Assembly: GCA_951406725.2 (NCBI GenBank)
Contig: OX597815.1
Location: 56,854,001 to 56,918,000, forward strand
DNA from: Octopus vulgaris
Lineage: Eukaryota
Length of the DNA stretch: 64,000 bases
Direction: 5' to 3'
Shown: in pieces, positions 1-12,539 of the stretch
Layout: each line of letters begins with the position of its first letter
How positions within the stretch are numbered: position 1 is the stretch's first letter
Position numbers and translations under genes: made by a program
The notes under the pieces: model-generated
The model's input: only the letters and a program-made list of their open reading frames with translations
Told to the model about the DNA's origin: nothing
Database searches by the model: none

Positions 1-670
1 ATCAGTCTTTGTATTTTCTTTTGTTTCTTTAGTTGTTGTTGGTGATGTTTTTCTGGCTGCTGTTGTATTCTCAGCTGTTGGTGTTGTCTTCTGTGTTGTT
101 GGTGGTGTGGGTAGTAGTGGTTTCTTCCAGGATTTTCTGGTTGTGGTGGTGGTTGTTATTGTTGTTGTTGTTTTGTGGCAGTCAGACAATTGTTTTTCAA
201 ATGTGTTTCACTGTTGCACAAATTACTGCATGACCGCCTGCCCTCCACCACTACATACAGTTTGTGGCCTTCAGTCTATTCTATGCAGGTGGGTATTCTA
301 CTAATTGATGGCTGATCAATCTGTAGAAGGATCTTGAGTCTTTCTGATCCAATTTTGTTGTTCTAGAACAGCAATTTCTAGGATGTTTGCTTCCTCCATC
401 TCGAACAGATGGCAGATAATAACCAGTGTGTCTCGATTTCCAGAGGCACATATTTTATTGTGACTTTTGTCACTCTCTGGCCTAGATACGTTGATATCAT
501 CACTAACCCATCCTTGTTGAGGGTCACTGTAGAGAAACGTTTGGCTAGATCTTCGTCCTGGAATCAGACTTTGACTGTGCCAAATTTGTACCACCAGTAC
601 ACGTATTCCTTGTGTGGCCAAACCAGACAAAAGCATTTTTCTATTTTTTGTTGTAGTGATTGCTCTGGTC
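1..670 (-). mobile_element. Decayed ORF1 (gag-like, zinc-knuckle) fragment of a non-LTR retrotransposon, probably L1/Tx1-type
   Basis: The minus strand reads ...FGTVKV*FQDEDLAKRFSTV... and ...LYVVVEGRRSCSNLCNSETHLKNNC (degenerate CX2CX4HX4C knuckle), followed by a low-complexity Q/T/P-rich tail. In-frame stops are present. Confidence 0.55.
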
Positions 671-671
671 T

Positions 672-1510
672 AGATAGATAGATAGATAGATAGATTTCTT
701 TATTGGCCACGCAAGGCTGAACACGGAAGGGACAAAATAAAATGTAGAACTTTTCTTTTTGGGAAGAAGAGAAGGAAAAAAAATGTGGGTCAAATTCCAA
801 TCGAAAGGGATTGTGAGAAAAAAAGAAAATGGGGATGATCAATGGGGTTCGTGTATCACAGAAATGTCAATGTAGAAAGGGAAAATAGATTAGGTTTGAC
901 TGTGGATACAAAAGCCTACAGAAAAGACCACAGGAACCTTGGGCAATAGTGTCATGCAAAAGAAAACATTACATTAAGTGGCTCTCTTTTTTCGTTTCGT
1001 TTTTTTTTTTTTTTTTTTGGTTCATAGGATTATGCTCAAGGTGACTCCATCATTCATACGTGCCATCCTTGCTACATTCACCCATCTTTTTTTGAAACAT
1101 TCACTAGACAAAACTTCCCTCTCAATTCTCACCTTCCTCTTCAAGTGATACTTAAAGAAGTTGATGAGAGATTCACCAGAGAGGAAAGTGTTTGTCTCTA
1201 GACATGTCCCCCATACACATTCTTTCGCCACAGCCATAAGTATGATGAAAATGGCTCTTCCTTCCTGTTTCAAGGAAGGAGGCACGACAATATTCACGAT
1301 AGACTTGGTTGATAAACCAACTCGTCCCACACACGATAGCAGTTGTTCAACATAGGCCCACAGGTCGGAAATAGTTGGACACTGTATGAGTGCATGCAGG
1401 ACGGTTTCGTTGGTCTGACTGCATCTCAGACAGGTTGGCCCCGTGTTTCTCAAGCCATGCTTGTAGAGCTTATCCTGAATGGGTAGCGCTTCTCAATAGC
1501 ACTGCCAGGC
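672..1510 (-). mobile_element. 3' end of a Tx1/L1-clade LINE (C-terminal zinc-binding domain, 3' UTR, (TATC)n tail)
   Basis: ORF 1022-1453 contains CLRC-X4-ETVLHALIQC, the zf-RVT-type motif of L1/Tx1 ORF2. The element ends in a GATA microsatellite at about 672-694. Confidence 0.75.
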
Positions 1511-1513
1511 CAT

Positions 1514-1840
1514 GGTATATTATTCTATAATATGTGAAATAATATATCATGTCAATATTGTTTTAGCAATACTGGAAAATGTCAACTCTTCAGGTATATG
1601 TATAAACAGGTTTGCTGAACTACCCATTAATATAAATTTGTGGTTTATGATGGGTTTGTTTTTTTGTTTTAAGATTGATATGTTAATGAAATGGTTATGA
1701 CAAGAGGTACATCTTGTGTGAAATAATGGGTTTGTTCAGCAAACTAGTTTATCCATATACCTGAAAAGTTGACACTTTCAAGTATTGCTAAAATAATAGT
1801 GATATGATGTATTATTTCACATAATATTTAATAATATTCC
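1514..1840. mobile_element. Foldback/MITE with ~115-bp imperfect terminal inverted repeats
   Basis: 1514-1628 (…tgtgaaataatatatcatgtcaatattgttttagcaatactggaaaatgtcaactcttcaggtatatg…ttgctgaac…cccatt) is the reverse complement of 1725-1840, with scattered mismatches. Confidence 0.8.
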
Positions 1841-2534
1841 ATCAGTAATCTTTTGGTAAAGTGTTGATGTAATAAAAAATTTATGCAATAAAATGTGTTA
1901 CTCACAACATTTTCTGTATTAATATTTATATAAGCTCTACAGTTGTCCATGAATTTTCAGATGTATCTCCACTGTGTGCATGTCTTTGGGTAGCATTTGT
2001 CTCCTACTACCACTAGACTGCCAGTGTTCACTTGTTTATGCTTCCATAACTTAGTGGTTTGACGAAAGTGTCTGATAGAATAAGTGCCAAATTAAAAAAA
2101 ATATGTTCAACTAAATTCTTCAAAGCAATGCTCTAGCGTGGCCATTATCCAAAACTGAAACAAATGAAAGGTAAAAGGGGGCATGCATATATGTGTATGG
2201 CTTGCAAGAGTTCTACTGAACAGATTGATTTCCACAGTGGCAAGTGACATTTTTCCAAAAGCACAATGTGGTTTGAGAGCACAAAGAGGAACTAGTGACA
2301 TGATATTTTCTGTCCTAACTTATATCAATGCTTTCTTGATCTCACCAAAGTAGATTATTTCCTGCATTGCTTGTTCCTGATGTAAAATCTTCTTGCCTCT
2401 GCCATACCAGTATATGTAACTACAACTCCAGGTCTTTGGCAAAGAAAACTAGAGTGTCCCATTTAATTGAGGAGAAAAGGAATATCAAATTTGACGTGCT
2501 AGGAGCCTGTGAAACATATTGAAGGATATGTATA

Positions 2535-3172
2535 TATATATATGTATATATATATTAAACTATGGTTGCAGAACAAACAAATACAAGGTCATCCACGTAA
2601 CATTTCATATCTCGAACATTTAATCACATAATGCTTTTTCTTTCACATAGAATATACATGTATAACATCACGGAAGATGAAACATAACTCATCAGTACAA
2701 GCATAAAAGAAAATGCAAGAAAAATGTGTGAATACAGTTCATCACAGTTAAAAGTTAATACTTTAGCGATTAAGAAATATAGATTTTTTTAAAAACATTA
2801 CAACACCTAGAATAATAAATACGTAAAAATATAAAGTAATATATAAATATATAGATATATAAAAAATATATAAAAATGCATATATATAGGAAGCATATAA
2901 ATAAGTAATATATAATATATAAGGTAAGATAAAAGTTCATCGTTTAGAAATTTTTTTCATTAAAAATTACTTTTCAGATAAGGGAAACCTATAGTTAAAA
3001 GCCATTGTCCAAGCAAAAAAGAAGAAACCATATTTACATTCCCTATGGCCATTTCAGGGGTACATCACTGTATTTAATGCACGAGGGTGCATCACAATAA
3101 TTACTCCTTCGTCAGGGGAAAAAATAGAGAGACAGACATCACGTACCAGGGCGAGACCTCCTTAACCAGACC
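2535..3172 (-). mobile_element. Non-coding Penelope-like (pLTR-derived) repeat carrying a hammerhead ribozyme
   Basis: AT-rich non-coding segment bounded by (TA)n tracts; it contains the minus-strand hammerhead at 3039-3120. Confidence 0.5.
3039..3120 (-). ncRNA. Type I minimal hammerhead ribozyme
   Basis: Minus strand: UUCCC-CUGACGA-AGGAGUA…UACCCCU-GAAA-UGGCC-AUA-GGGAA. Stem I is 5 bp, the core is intact, stem II has one mismatch, stem III is palindromic and the cleavage triplet is AUA. Confidence 0.75.
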
Positions 3173-3215
<43 letters not shown>

Positions 3216-3639
3216 CATAAAAAGTCAGGAGGTATGAGAGATGAATGTATTTATTTAACCACTTGACAATTTAGGATTATGGCCATTTTGCAATCATATT
3301 CAGGTTGTAATTTCAGTGTGGAATAAAATTATGTTTATATGCTTGCATTAATATGCATGCTATGCATTATACAATACAATTATATATTCGCAAATCAATG
3401 AAAATAAAGAAAATTAGCTCATCAGATCACCAGAACTTCATGATTACACCAACAATTCAACTCTATACATATAAAATCTCTTTAAAATAGCTAGGCAAGC
3501 AGATAGGTAGAGATTGAGAGTGAGAAAGAGAGATAGTGTGATGCCTAGAGAAAGAGAGACACAAGTATTCACACACAAGAGGTGGAGTGAATTGTAGTGA
3601 CGACTAGTTCTAGATGCCATTGTGGAACATTCATCATGC

Positions 3640-3995
3640 ATGCGCATAGAATTGCAGAGAACAAGTGAAGACTAGAAAGTAATGAAACTAGTATGCTCTA
3701 GTGACTGGGCAATACCAGTGTGTACATGCAGCAAAGTGCAAATGTGTTGAGAGAAAAATTGAACATAAGAATAATCAGATGTAGTGTGGAATAGAGAAGA
3801 CTGCACAGGTTTGGACACGTGATGACAGCTGTATAAAGATATGCTGATTGCTTAAAATGGATAGAACTTGTGGAAGAGGAAGATCCAGGGAGGCATGAGA
3901 CAAGATAGTGAAAGCTGATCTCAAGATAGTGAACCTTACAATTAAAGTGCCAAAGGATTGAAATGACTTCTCAGACACAGTGATGTGACTGAGAA
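3640..3995 (+). mobile_element. Decayed RTE-clade LINE 3' fragment
   Basis: Resembles the other RTE 3' fragments in the window (…agtgcaaatgtgttgagagaaaaattg…ggaagaggaagatccagg…). Confidence 0.55.
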
Positions 3996-4032
3996 GACTT
4001 GTCTGCTTTGGTGAAAGTGAAATCCTGAAAGT

Positions 4033-5130
4033 ATTGGGTCATCCCATAAATAATGCAGTTTTTTTAATTGCATGAACTAAAAGTCAGAGTGTGACAGGAT
4101 AAACTACCTGCATCAACTTGCTATAAAAGCAAGTAGTAATTTTACTTTGTCCTTATTCTTAGTGTAAGTTTTGAAGAGTACAGTTCAGTTTTAACAGTTA
4201 TTGTATTCAAAGCTATAATAGAAATGACAAAGGAGCATATTCAGCATATTTCATCCTGGAAGACCTATAGAGCTCGACAAGGACATCCTTCAAACCCTGG
4301 TTGAACAAAATCTCATCATAACTGTTGAGAAACTAGTAGAGAAGCTTGCATTTGGTCATTCAACCATTCATCGACACCTGTATGCCATCAGAGAAGTCAG
4401 CAAATTGAGTCAATGGGTTCCTCACAAACTTTCCAAGTCTAATCGCGTGCAGAGAGTGAATGTGTACTCTTCTTTGCTGTCACATCTCACGAATGAACCT
4501 TTTTTTAACCGAATAGTGACTGGTGACAAGAAATGGGTTCTCTATAAAAATGTCAAGTGCCAAAGGTAGTGGATAGGGAAAGGAGAAACAATAGCACCCC
4601 AGGCTAAAGATGGTCTTTACCCATGTAAAGTATTGTTAGCTATTTGGTGGGATATGAAAGGTTTAATCCACTTTGAACTTTTAAACCTAAACCAAATAAT
4701 AACGAAGATCTACTGCAAGCAGCTTGAGCAGCATAAGTCAGCACTAGAAGAAAAATTACCATCTTTGCTTTCAAGACGAAAGATGTTCTTCCATCAGGAT
4801 AATGCTCAGCCATATACAGCAAGGATGACATTCCAAAGACTGGAGCAGTCTGAATGGGAAACTATGCCCCACCCACCATATTCACCAGACATTGCTCTAT
4901 CTGACTATCATTTATTCTACAATCTTCAAAATCATTTAGATGTAGATGAGGTCAGAATAGTACCAGAGGAGTATTTTTCATCACAGACAAATGAATTTTG
5001 GAAGAGGTGCCTTGCAAGTCTACCAGCTAAATGGAAGAGCATTGTAGACTATGAAGGAGAGTATATTTTTGATTAAAAAAGAACTTTGTTTATCTTACTT
5101 TTGAAAAATAAAAGAATATTAAAAAAACAC
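4033..5130 (+). mobile_element. Decayed mariner element (D,D34D transposase pseudogene)
   Basis: Left TIR tattgggtcatcccataaataatgc. Translated motifs are WVPHKL, VTGDKKW, IWWDMKG, FHQDNAQPY and HPPYSPDIALSDYHLF (ORF 4633-5076). Stops and deletions are present and the right TIR is truncated. Confidence 0.9.
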
Positions 5131-6804
5131 GCTTTCTTCACCTGTCATTTTCCTAATACCCATCTTTCCATCATGTTTCTAACAATGCCATTAATCAGCT
5201 GCTGTTATATGACGAAAATCCTCACATATTTTTTCCTCTTTTCACTACTTGTTACCTCCCTGTCTCCCTGGAGTTACTTCCTTTAAAATCCATCCCTCAT
5301 TCTCAAGATCATCCTTTTATGTGTCTTCAGGTATCTCTTACTCTCCTCTGCAGTTACACATTAGGACTGACACACCTCCTCTTTAACACCCTCACGTATC
5401 TGCTATCACTCTCACACTTGTTGTTGCTACCCTCCATCTCTGTCCCTGGACATCTTCCACTCTCTCACCTGCACACCATCTCCCTGTTTTCTGAACTCTC
5501 TCCAGATTTCCCTATTTTCTGATCTATTTACAGATATTTTATATTGTTACTCTCTACCTGTCCTGCACTGCCACTTATCATCTCCTTCTTTCCAAGCTAT
5601 TTCTTTTACCTTCTCCTCCATACTGATATTTACTACTGACCACATCACCATGCTTGTACATCAATCTCTACATTAGTCTATATCTCCAACTCTAACCACT
5701 TGTCACTCTCCTTTCACACTCCTATGAAATTATCCACTCACACCTTTTCCTCAATTCATATTCTGTCATATTTTCACCTTGTACTTTGAGAATATGGTCT
5801 GATGCTTCATCTTCAACATTTTCACTTACTCTCACCCACTCATACATAATATGATGTAGCCATAGATCTCTTCTGTAATCAGACATCTGTGTTTATCCCT
5901 CTATCATACTTTAATGTCTCAACTCCTGGCATAAAACCACCTCTCCCTCTACTAAACCCCACTCAATTGAGAGAGGGAGCTTCTTCTATTTCTTAGTCTT
6001 GAAAATTACTTGGCAACCTCACTAATGCTGGTGTTACAAAGATACCCAATATACTCTGTGAAGTAGTTGGTGTTAGGAAAGGCATCCAATCATGGGAACC
6101 ATGCTTGTGCCAATACACATACATGCATACTCTACATTCACTGAATTTCAATACTATGCTGCAAGATCATCTGGCAAATTTATATTTTTAAAGATATCTG
6201 CTGGTCATTACCATTTTTATTCAGTTGTTTTAAGAATTCTCCTGTTTTAAATGTTCTAAATGTTCTCTTTTCCTCGTCAAATTATCACTAACTGGTTACA
6301 GTTTCTTTCTTTGAATATATAAAATGTTAATGTGTAAGTAAAAATATTAACTATTCACAATTTGTATACATATACATTATGCTGAAAACACTTGTAGCTT
6401 TGTACATAGTTTGCTTATCAGCAATATCCAGAAACATCCTGTTCTGATTTTAAGCTTGAAGTAACTGGTTTTAAAGTATAATATTATACTTGAGATAATG
6501 ATGAATTATATAGTTCACTTTAGATTTTTCTTTTTTTTAATTAATACTGACATTTGAATGGCATTCACGACAAGTACTTGACTACTTTGTTACTTTCTTG
6601 GGTGTTGTGCTATTTTTAGATAATTTATATATAAATTCCAATGTAAGTAAAATGTTATTTTATTTCTGGTTTATCTTTTAGTGTAACCAAACCAAAATTA
6701 CTGAATGAATTTCTTTATACTAGAATTTAGAAATAGATTTTCCATACCAATTCAAAAGTGCTAACCACAAAAGACAAAATTTCCAGGATTGACATTAAGA
6801 AATT

Positions 6805-6960
6805 GTTTGGCTGTGTAGTAAGAAGTTAGCTTCTCAGCCACATGGTTTCAGGTTTAGTCCCACTGCATGGTACTGTAGGCAAGTGTCTTCTGCTATATCC
6901 TTGGGCCAACCAGAGCCCTGAGCAGATTTGGTAGATGGAAACTGAAAGAAGACCATCATA
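6805..6960 (+). mobile_element. tRNA-derived SINE head fragment
   Basis: tggctgtgtagtaagaag… (A box) and ggtttagtccc (B-box-like); same family as the copies at 9052, 12070-12228 and 38190-38565. Confidence 0.65.
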
Positions 6961-7384
6961 TATACAGTTGACCCTGCTTTATAATCCATCTTGGGACCAC
7001 CTATTTTGGATTTATTAAATAAGGGATTTATTAACTGAAGGAACAAAATTTGCCAAGTGATTAAACGTATATTTATCAAAATACATGCATATACAAATAC
7101 ACAAATAAAAACATTATAATCAATGTCCTTGAATGAAAAATTTGTCAAGTGTTGTTTGCTTTGTTGCACACTTTGTTCACAACTTTGCATTGATTTTTTT
7201 CCTTAAGAATTCCCAAAAAATTCACTGAAATCAAAACTTTCAAGGCCACTTTCTAATCAAGTGAGATAAAATCTTATTTCAGCTGGTGTTGGGGGCTCCG
7301 GAACTCTTTCATCAATCTCAGATTTGCCTGACCACTAAATCTACAAGTTTTTTTTATTCTCTCTCTGTTTATTTTCTCTTATTA

Positions 7385-7420
7385 CTTTTTGTTGAAGAGC
7401 ATAGGCTTGAAACGTAAAAG
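7385..7420 (+). repeat. Degenerate minimal hammerhead-like motif in a dispersed repeat
   Basis: cttt-ttgttgaa-gagc atag gctt-gaaacgta-aaag. A second copy lies on the minus strand at 26915-26950, and the flanking sequence is also shared. Confidence 0.4.
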
Positions 7421-7509
7421 ACTTTTTTTTTTTTTCTGACCATCAAACTAATACACTTGCTTGTTGTTCATACATCTGTCTTTGTCTTTTGTTTTTCTAC
7501 AAATTTCAA

Positions 7510-7569
<60 letters not shown>

Positions 7570-7589
7570 GTATATATATATATATATAT

Positions 7590-7975
7590 GTGGAGGCGCA
7601 ATGGCCCAGTGGTTAGGGCAGCGGACTCGCGGTTATAGGATTGCGGTTTCGATTCCCAGACCGGGCGTTGTGAGTGTTTATTGAGCGAAAACACCTAAAG
7701 CTCCACGAGGCTCCGGCAGGGGATGGTAGTGATCCCTGCTGTAATCTTTCACCACAACTTTCTCTCACTCTTACTTCCTGTTTCTGTTGTACCTGTATTT
7801 CAAAGGGCCGGCCTTGTCACTCTCTGTGTCACGCTGAATATCCTCGAGAACTACGTTAAGGGTACGCGTGTCTGTGGAGTGCTCAGCCACTTACACATTA
7901 ATTTCACGAGCAGGCTGTTCCGTTGATTCGGATCAACAGGAAACCTCGTCGTCGTAACCGACGGAGTGCTTCCAT
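7590..7975 (+). mobile_element. Young, CpG-retaining tRNA-derived SINE (tRNA-Arg-like head), inserted in (TA)n
   Basis: ggcgcaatggcccagtggttagggcagcggactcgcgg…ggtttcgattccc gives A and B boxes, followed by a ~300-bp non-tRNA body; flanked by TA microsatellites. Confidence 0.8.
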
Positions 7976-8022
7976 CCATATATATATATATATGTATATA
8001 TGTATATATGTATATATATATA

Positions 8023-9495
8023 TCTCTTATGATAAAAGGCAGATTTTCTCTGCCTCCCAAATAGTTTGTTTTTTATACAATTGTACAATATAGAATTTCT
8101 TCAATTGGAATTTACTTATGATTTTTCGAAGTAGATTCCATTGGGTCATGGCATGTAAAGTTTTTTCAATTTCACCCCCAATTAAGCAAAAATTCAAGAA
8201 AACTCAATATTTTACGATTTCCCTCTCTCATTTCAAGTGCTTCACTCCTTCCATTACCACCACACTTTCTCTTACTTTCTCTTTGCAAGTGTGCAACAAT
8301 TAAAGTGAAAGTATTTATATAACAGGGATGAGCCATTAATACTGGTCATCCTTTTTGCTAGAGGAAGATCCGCTATGGTCTTATATGCTATATCATTGGT
8401 TTTCAATTCATATTAATCAAATTAATATTCAATTTTTCACCCTTATTATGTGTGTGTGTATTAGCAATTCGTATAAAATTGCATCAATAACTTGAACTTG
8501 AATAAGTGGTTTCACATAAATGGGGATAAATTAAAAAGGTTTGTTGTTATTATTATTACTGTGTAATCACGTTTGTTGGTTCCTCGTCAGGGAAACGTTG
8601 TTGTGTTGCATTTGTTAAATAATTGTAAACCGTAACCTTCCCCCTTTTGGAGAAGGGGCTTTGGTTATTGTTTAAAAATTGAATTGTGTCCCTGTTTGGG
8701 GAAATTGACAATATTTTCACCGTCTTTACGGAAGCATTTTTGTTTAAATGCCTTCGATAGAAGAAAGTCCAAAAATGAATTTCGCTGCAGCCGTACACTT
8801 CTATACAAGAGGGAGGACAAGATCCAATTGATCGAAATTGCAAGAGACGGGCCTACAATTCCAGTCTGTTAAATATTTTGAGTATTGTTATCACTAGCGA
8901 TAGCAAGATATAACTTTGTATTTTGTATTTTATGTGTAGATGTATATATATAGATGTACATGTAATATGTACACATATATATACACATATATACATGCAT
9001 AATATATCTACCCATACACACATACGCACACACACACACACACACATACATAGGGGCAGGTGTGGCTGTGTGGTAACAAACTACGTTCCAAACGCATGGT
9101 CCTGGGTTCAGTCCTACTGTGTGGTGACTTGGCATGTGTCTTCTGCTGTAGCTTCAGACCAACAAAAGCCTTCTCAGTGGATTTTGTACATATATACAGG
9201 CATACATACATATATATACATTTAACAAATCTCAGGGTCAAACCCTCTCTGTAGCTGGTCTTCTCTTGGAAGAGCCCTGCTTCTCGCATAGGCAACTGTA
9301 TGTTGCCTGATCAAGAGTAGGAACCAAAAGAAACCTTTTTGTATATGCTCCACAAGGAAAAACAAGGAACATTGTTTACAACGAGGTGTTATAATCTCAA
9401 CAGCCAGGAGGTATATACATGATCCCCTTTTTTTTAAACAAACTTCATGTACTTTCATGTATTTATACCCGGCATTGCCCGGTTACATTCAATAG
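8023..9495 (+). mobile_element. Non-autonomous Helitron (first of a tandem pair), with a nested SINE at ~9052-9190
   Basis: The 5' end A|TCTCTTATGATAAAAGGCAGATTTTCTCTGCCT is identical to that at 9575. A 3' hairpin cccggcattgcccgg at 9468-9482 is followed by a degenerate CTRR-like end. Confidence 0.55.
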
Positions 9496-9529
9496 AAGAA
9501 TTAGACTTTTCTGTTATATATATATATGG

Positions 9530-9566
<37 letters not shown>

Positions 9567-9574
9567 TATATGTA

Positions 9575-11070
9575 TCTCTTATGATAAAAGGCAGATTTTC
9601 TCTGCCTGTTACCATGTTCGTTTTTAATACAAATCAGTCCTCTTTCTACCACTCTTATTCAACATCACACATTCTGCTACTTTCTCTTATTAATGGGGAT
9701 GTCTATGTATATAAGTCTATTGATACAACTCCTGACCCAGAGGACGTCATCAATTATCCAATAGAGGTACTCAATTCCTTTGAGCCCCCCGGACTACCAC
9801 CACACATTCTCAAACTTAAAGTTGGTGCCCCTATAATGCTCATTAGAAATTTGGTTCCCCCAAAACAATGCAATGGCACACGTTTGATCGTTAAGTCCTT
9901 ATCTCCCAATCTGATTGAGGTCACCATTATCACAGGGTGCGGTCGAGGCAACATTGTGCTCATACCTAGGATGCATCTTTTCCCATCAGCAGCAGACCTA
10001 CCTTTCATATTTCGGAGGTCCCAGTTCCCAGTAAGGCTATGTTTCGCAATGTCAATTAACAAAGCGCAGGGTCAAACACTGTCTGTGGCGGGAATACATT
10101 TGGGAGAGCCATGTTTCTCTCATGGTCAGCTCTATGTTGGCTGCTCGCGTGTCGGCAGCAACAGTGATGCTTTCGCATTCGTTCCACAATGAAAAACAAA
10201 AAACATTGTGTACAAGGAGGTTTTATAGGATTACTACGTTTCATCATTTTCGAATACGTTAGTATTTCACTTACATACGACTCTCTTTTATGATGGCATT
10301 TACATTTTTAGGCGTTTCATGACATTAGTTCACACTTAACCAACACCTGTCCTTCGCTCACCTCTATTTCTATCCATTCATCATCAAACCACCAGCCTCA
10401 TCTTCTATAACCAACGTACATGACACATCTACCCCCTACAATCTACACTCTCACTGTTAAAGTTTACATAAGTGACAACACGATCGCAACATACACTTTG
10501 GAAACTAAGCAACAGATCATTTTATACAACGACAAATTTAATCATAACGCCCATCAATGAAAACATCTCCACCACTCTGTTGTGATTCATCTATTCAGCA
10601 CCACTACAGTCTTGCCGGTCTGACATATGGTGAGCAGATGCTATTGTTCTATATTTTATAAATTACCCATATTTACTTACCCATGCTTCATTCCCCTCTT
10701 GCCTACATAGGGCATCCAGTCTCTTTTAACACAGCATGAAGTTTTGTAACAGCACATCCGCTGCCGTTCGTGGAAAACGAAGTGACCCTATTCACCTGCG
10801 AACGTTTTACATCGCCTTCCACGACTATCAAATTTTTACAATTATGAGAACAATAACATGGCTCTTTTCAAGGCAACCTCGCATTCAATTCTTACACCAT
10901 TCTACGAGGGTGTAGGAACCCCTTTACACAGCTTTCTGTATACTTACAAATACATTCATTTGCCATAAACTTATATCAATATTTGCCTGAATAATCATCA
11001 TAATTCAGTGCAATCATTAACAGTACTTTCAAGCAATTCAACCCCGAGCAACGCCGGGCAATTCTGCTAG
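9575..11070 (+). mobile_element. Internally deleted Helitron carrying the C-terminal PIF1-type helicase region
   Basis: 5' A|TC start; 3' hairpin cccgagcaacgccggg then CTAG|T at 11067-11071. ORF 9419-10192 contains GLPPHILKLKVGAPIMLIRNL, CNGTRL, QFPVRLCFAMSINKAQGQTL and FSHGQLYVGCSRV. Confidence 0.92.
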
Positions 11071-11084
11071 TATATCTATATATA

Positions 11085-11300
11085 TTCTTTTATTCTTTTA
11101 TTTGTTTCAGTCATTTGACTGTGGCCATGCTGGAGCACCGCCTTTAGTTGAACAAATCGACCCCAGAACTTATTCTTTGTAAGCCTAGTACTTATTCTAT
11201 CGGTCTCTTTGCCGAACTGCTAAGTTACAAGGACGTAAACACACCAGCATTGGTTTTCAAGTAATGGTGGGGGGACAAACACAGACACACAAACATACAC
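11085..11300 (-). mobile_element. SINE 3' body/tail
   Basis: tttcagtcatttgactgtggccatgctggagcaccgcc…; the same segment recurs at ~21960, ~28810 and ~38190. Confidence 0.75.
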
Positions 11301-11323
11301 TCACACATATATACACATATATG

Positions 11324-11362
<39 letters not shown>

Positions 11363-11395
11363 CTATATATATACATATATATATATATACATACA

Positions 11396-11437
<42 letters not shown>

Positions 11438-11463
11438 CTATATATATACATATATATATATAT

Positions 11464-11499
<36 letters not shown>

Positions 11500-11584
11500 C
11501 CGTGAGTGTAGTGGGTGCTTTTTACGTGCCACCAGCATGGGTATCACAGCTACAATTTCCATTTAATTTTTATTTTGATGTTGA

Positions 11585-12026
11585 TGTACTTGACTCAATA
11601 GGTCCCCTCAAGCATAGCAGACTGTCCTGCAATCCAAGGTACTTTGAATGGACTGGGGCTGGTTATGTGAAGCTGGTATAGGATGCACTCATGAACTCGC
11701 TTTATTTGTTGGGTCTTCACAGTCACAGAATATCTCCAGAGGTCTTGGTCTTTCGTCATTGTTTCTGTGAGGCCCAACGTTCAAAGGTCATGCTTGACCA
11801 CCTCATCCCATGTCTTCCTGGGTCTACCCCTCTCCTGAATTCCTTCAACTGTTAGGAAGTGGCACTTCTTTACACATCTCTCCTCATCCATCCATCATAC
11901 ATGACCATACCAGTGCAAACATCTCTCTTGCACACCACATCTTCTTATGTTCAACATTTCTCTCAGGGCACTTACACTCTGTTGTGTGTGCACACTGACA
12001 TTACACATCCAGCGGATCATGCTAGC

Positions 12027-12030
<4 letters not shown>
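11585..12030 (-). mobile_element. RTE-clade LINE 3' fragment
   Basis: Minus-strand translations EASMIRWMCNVSV…LREMLNIR…CLHWYGHV and MTKDQDLWRY are typical of the RTE ORF C-terminus. Confidence 0.8.
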
Positions 12031-12069
<39 letters not shown>

Positions 12070-12076
<7 letters not shown>

Positions 12077-12228
12077 GCTTCTTTAAGTTTCCGTCTACCA
12101 GATCCACTCACAAGGCTTTGATCGACCTGAGGCTATAGTAGAAGACACTTGCCCAATGTGCCATGCAGTAGAACTGAACCCGGAACCATGTGGTTGGTAA
12201 GCAAGCTACTTACCATACAGCCACACCT
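12070..12228 (-). mobile_element. tRNA-derived SINE head
   Basis: The reverse complement begins ggtgtggctgtatggtaagtagcttgc…ccgggttcagttc (A and B boxes). Confidence 0.7.
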
Positions 12229-12539
12229 GTATTATTTAATAAGCAGAATATGTTTTTAAGTGCTACTATTAGTTTCTTGTGCTGAGAACATGCCAAAATG
12301 ATAAATTAAAATATATGTAACATCTCAGCACAGTCATCAGGCACAAACCACATACCATAATGAACTAAAAACTGAACGAGAGAAGAAACACAAAGAGTTG
12401 AGAAGGAAATATATAGAAAATGTGGTAGCACTATAAAGTGACTCACTGTAAGTAAATTATGGAGGGCAGTGCTAAGCACTGATAAGTAAAACTGCAATGC
12501 TGATATCAGTCCGAATATGCTTGATGCCTTCAACTGTGT

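Noticed and set aside
7590-7665. tRNA gene
   Set aside because: The anticodon stem does not pair well and the sequence runs into a SINE body without a terminator.
8570-8600. CUGACGA on the minus strand as a hammerhead
   Set aside because: No GAAA with a pairing stem II or stem III at a suitable distance.
9419-10192. 257-aa ORF as a host PIF1 helicase gene
   Set aside because: Its N-terminus runs through a (CA)n tract, only C-terminal motifs are present, and it is bounded by Helitron termini.
11257-11681. ORFs rich in YI/IY/TH/CV repeats here and elsewhere
   Set aside because: They are translations of (TA)n, (CA)n and (TATG)n microsatellites.
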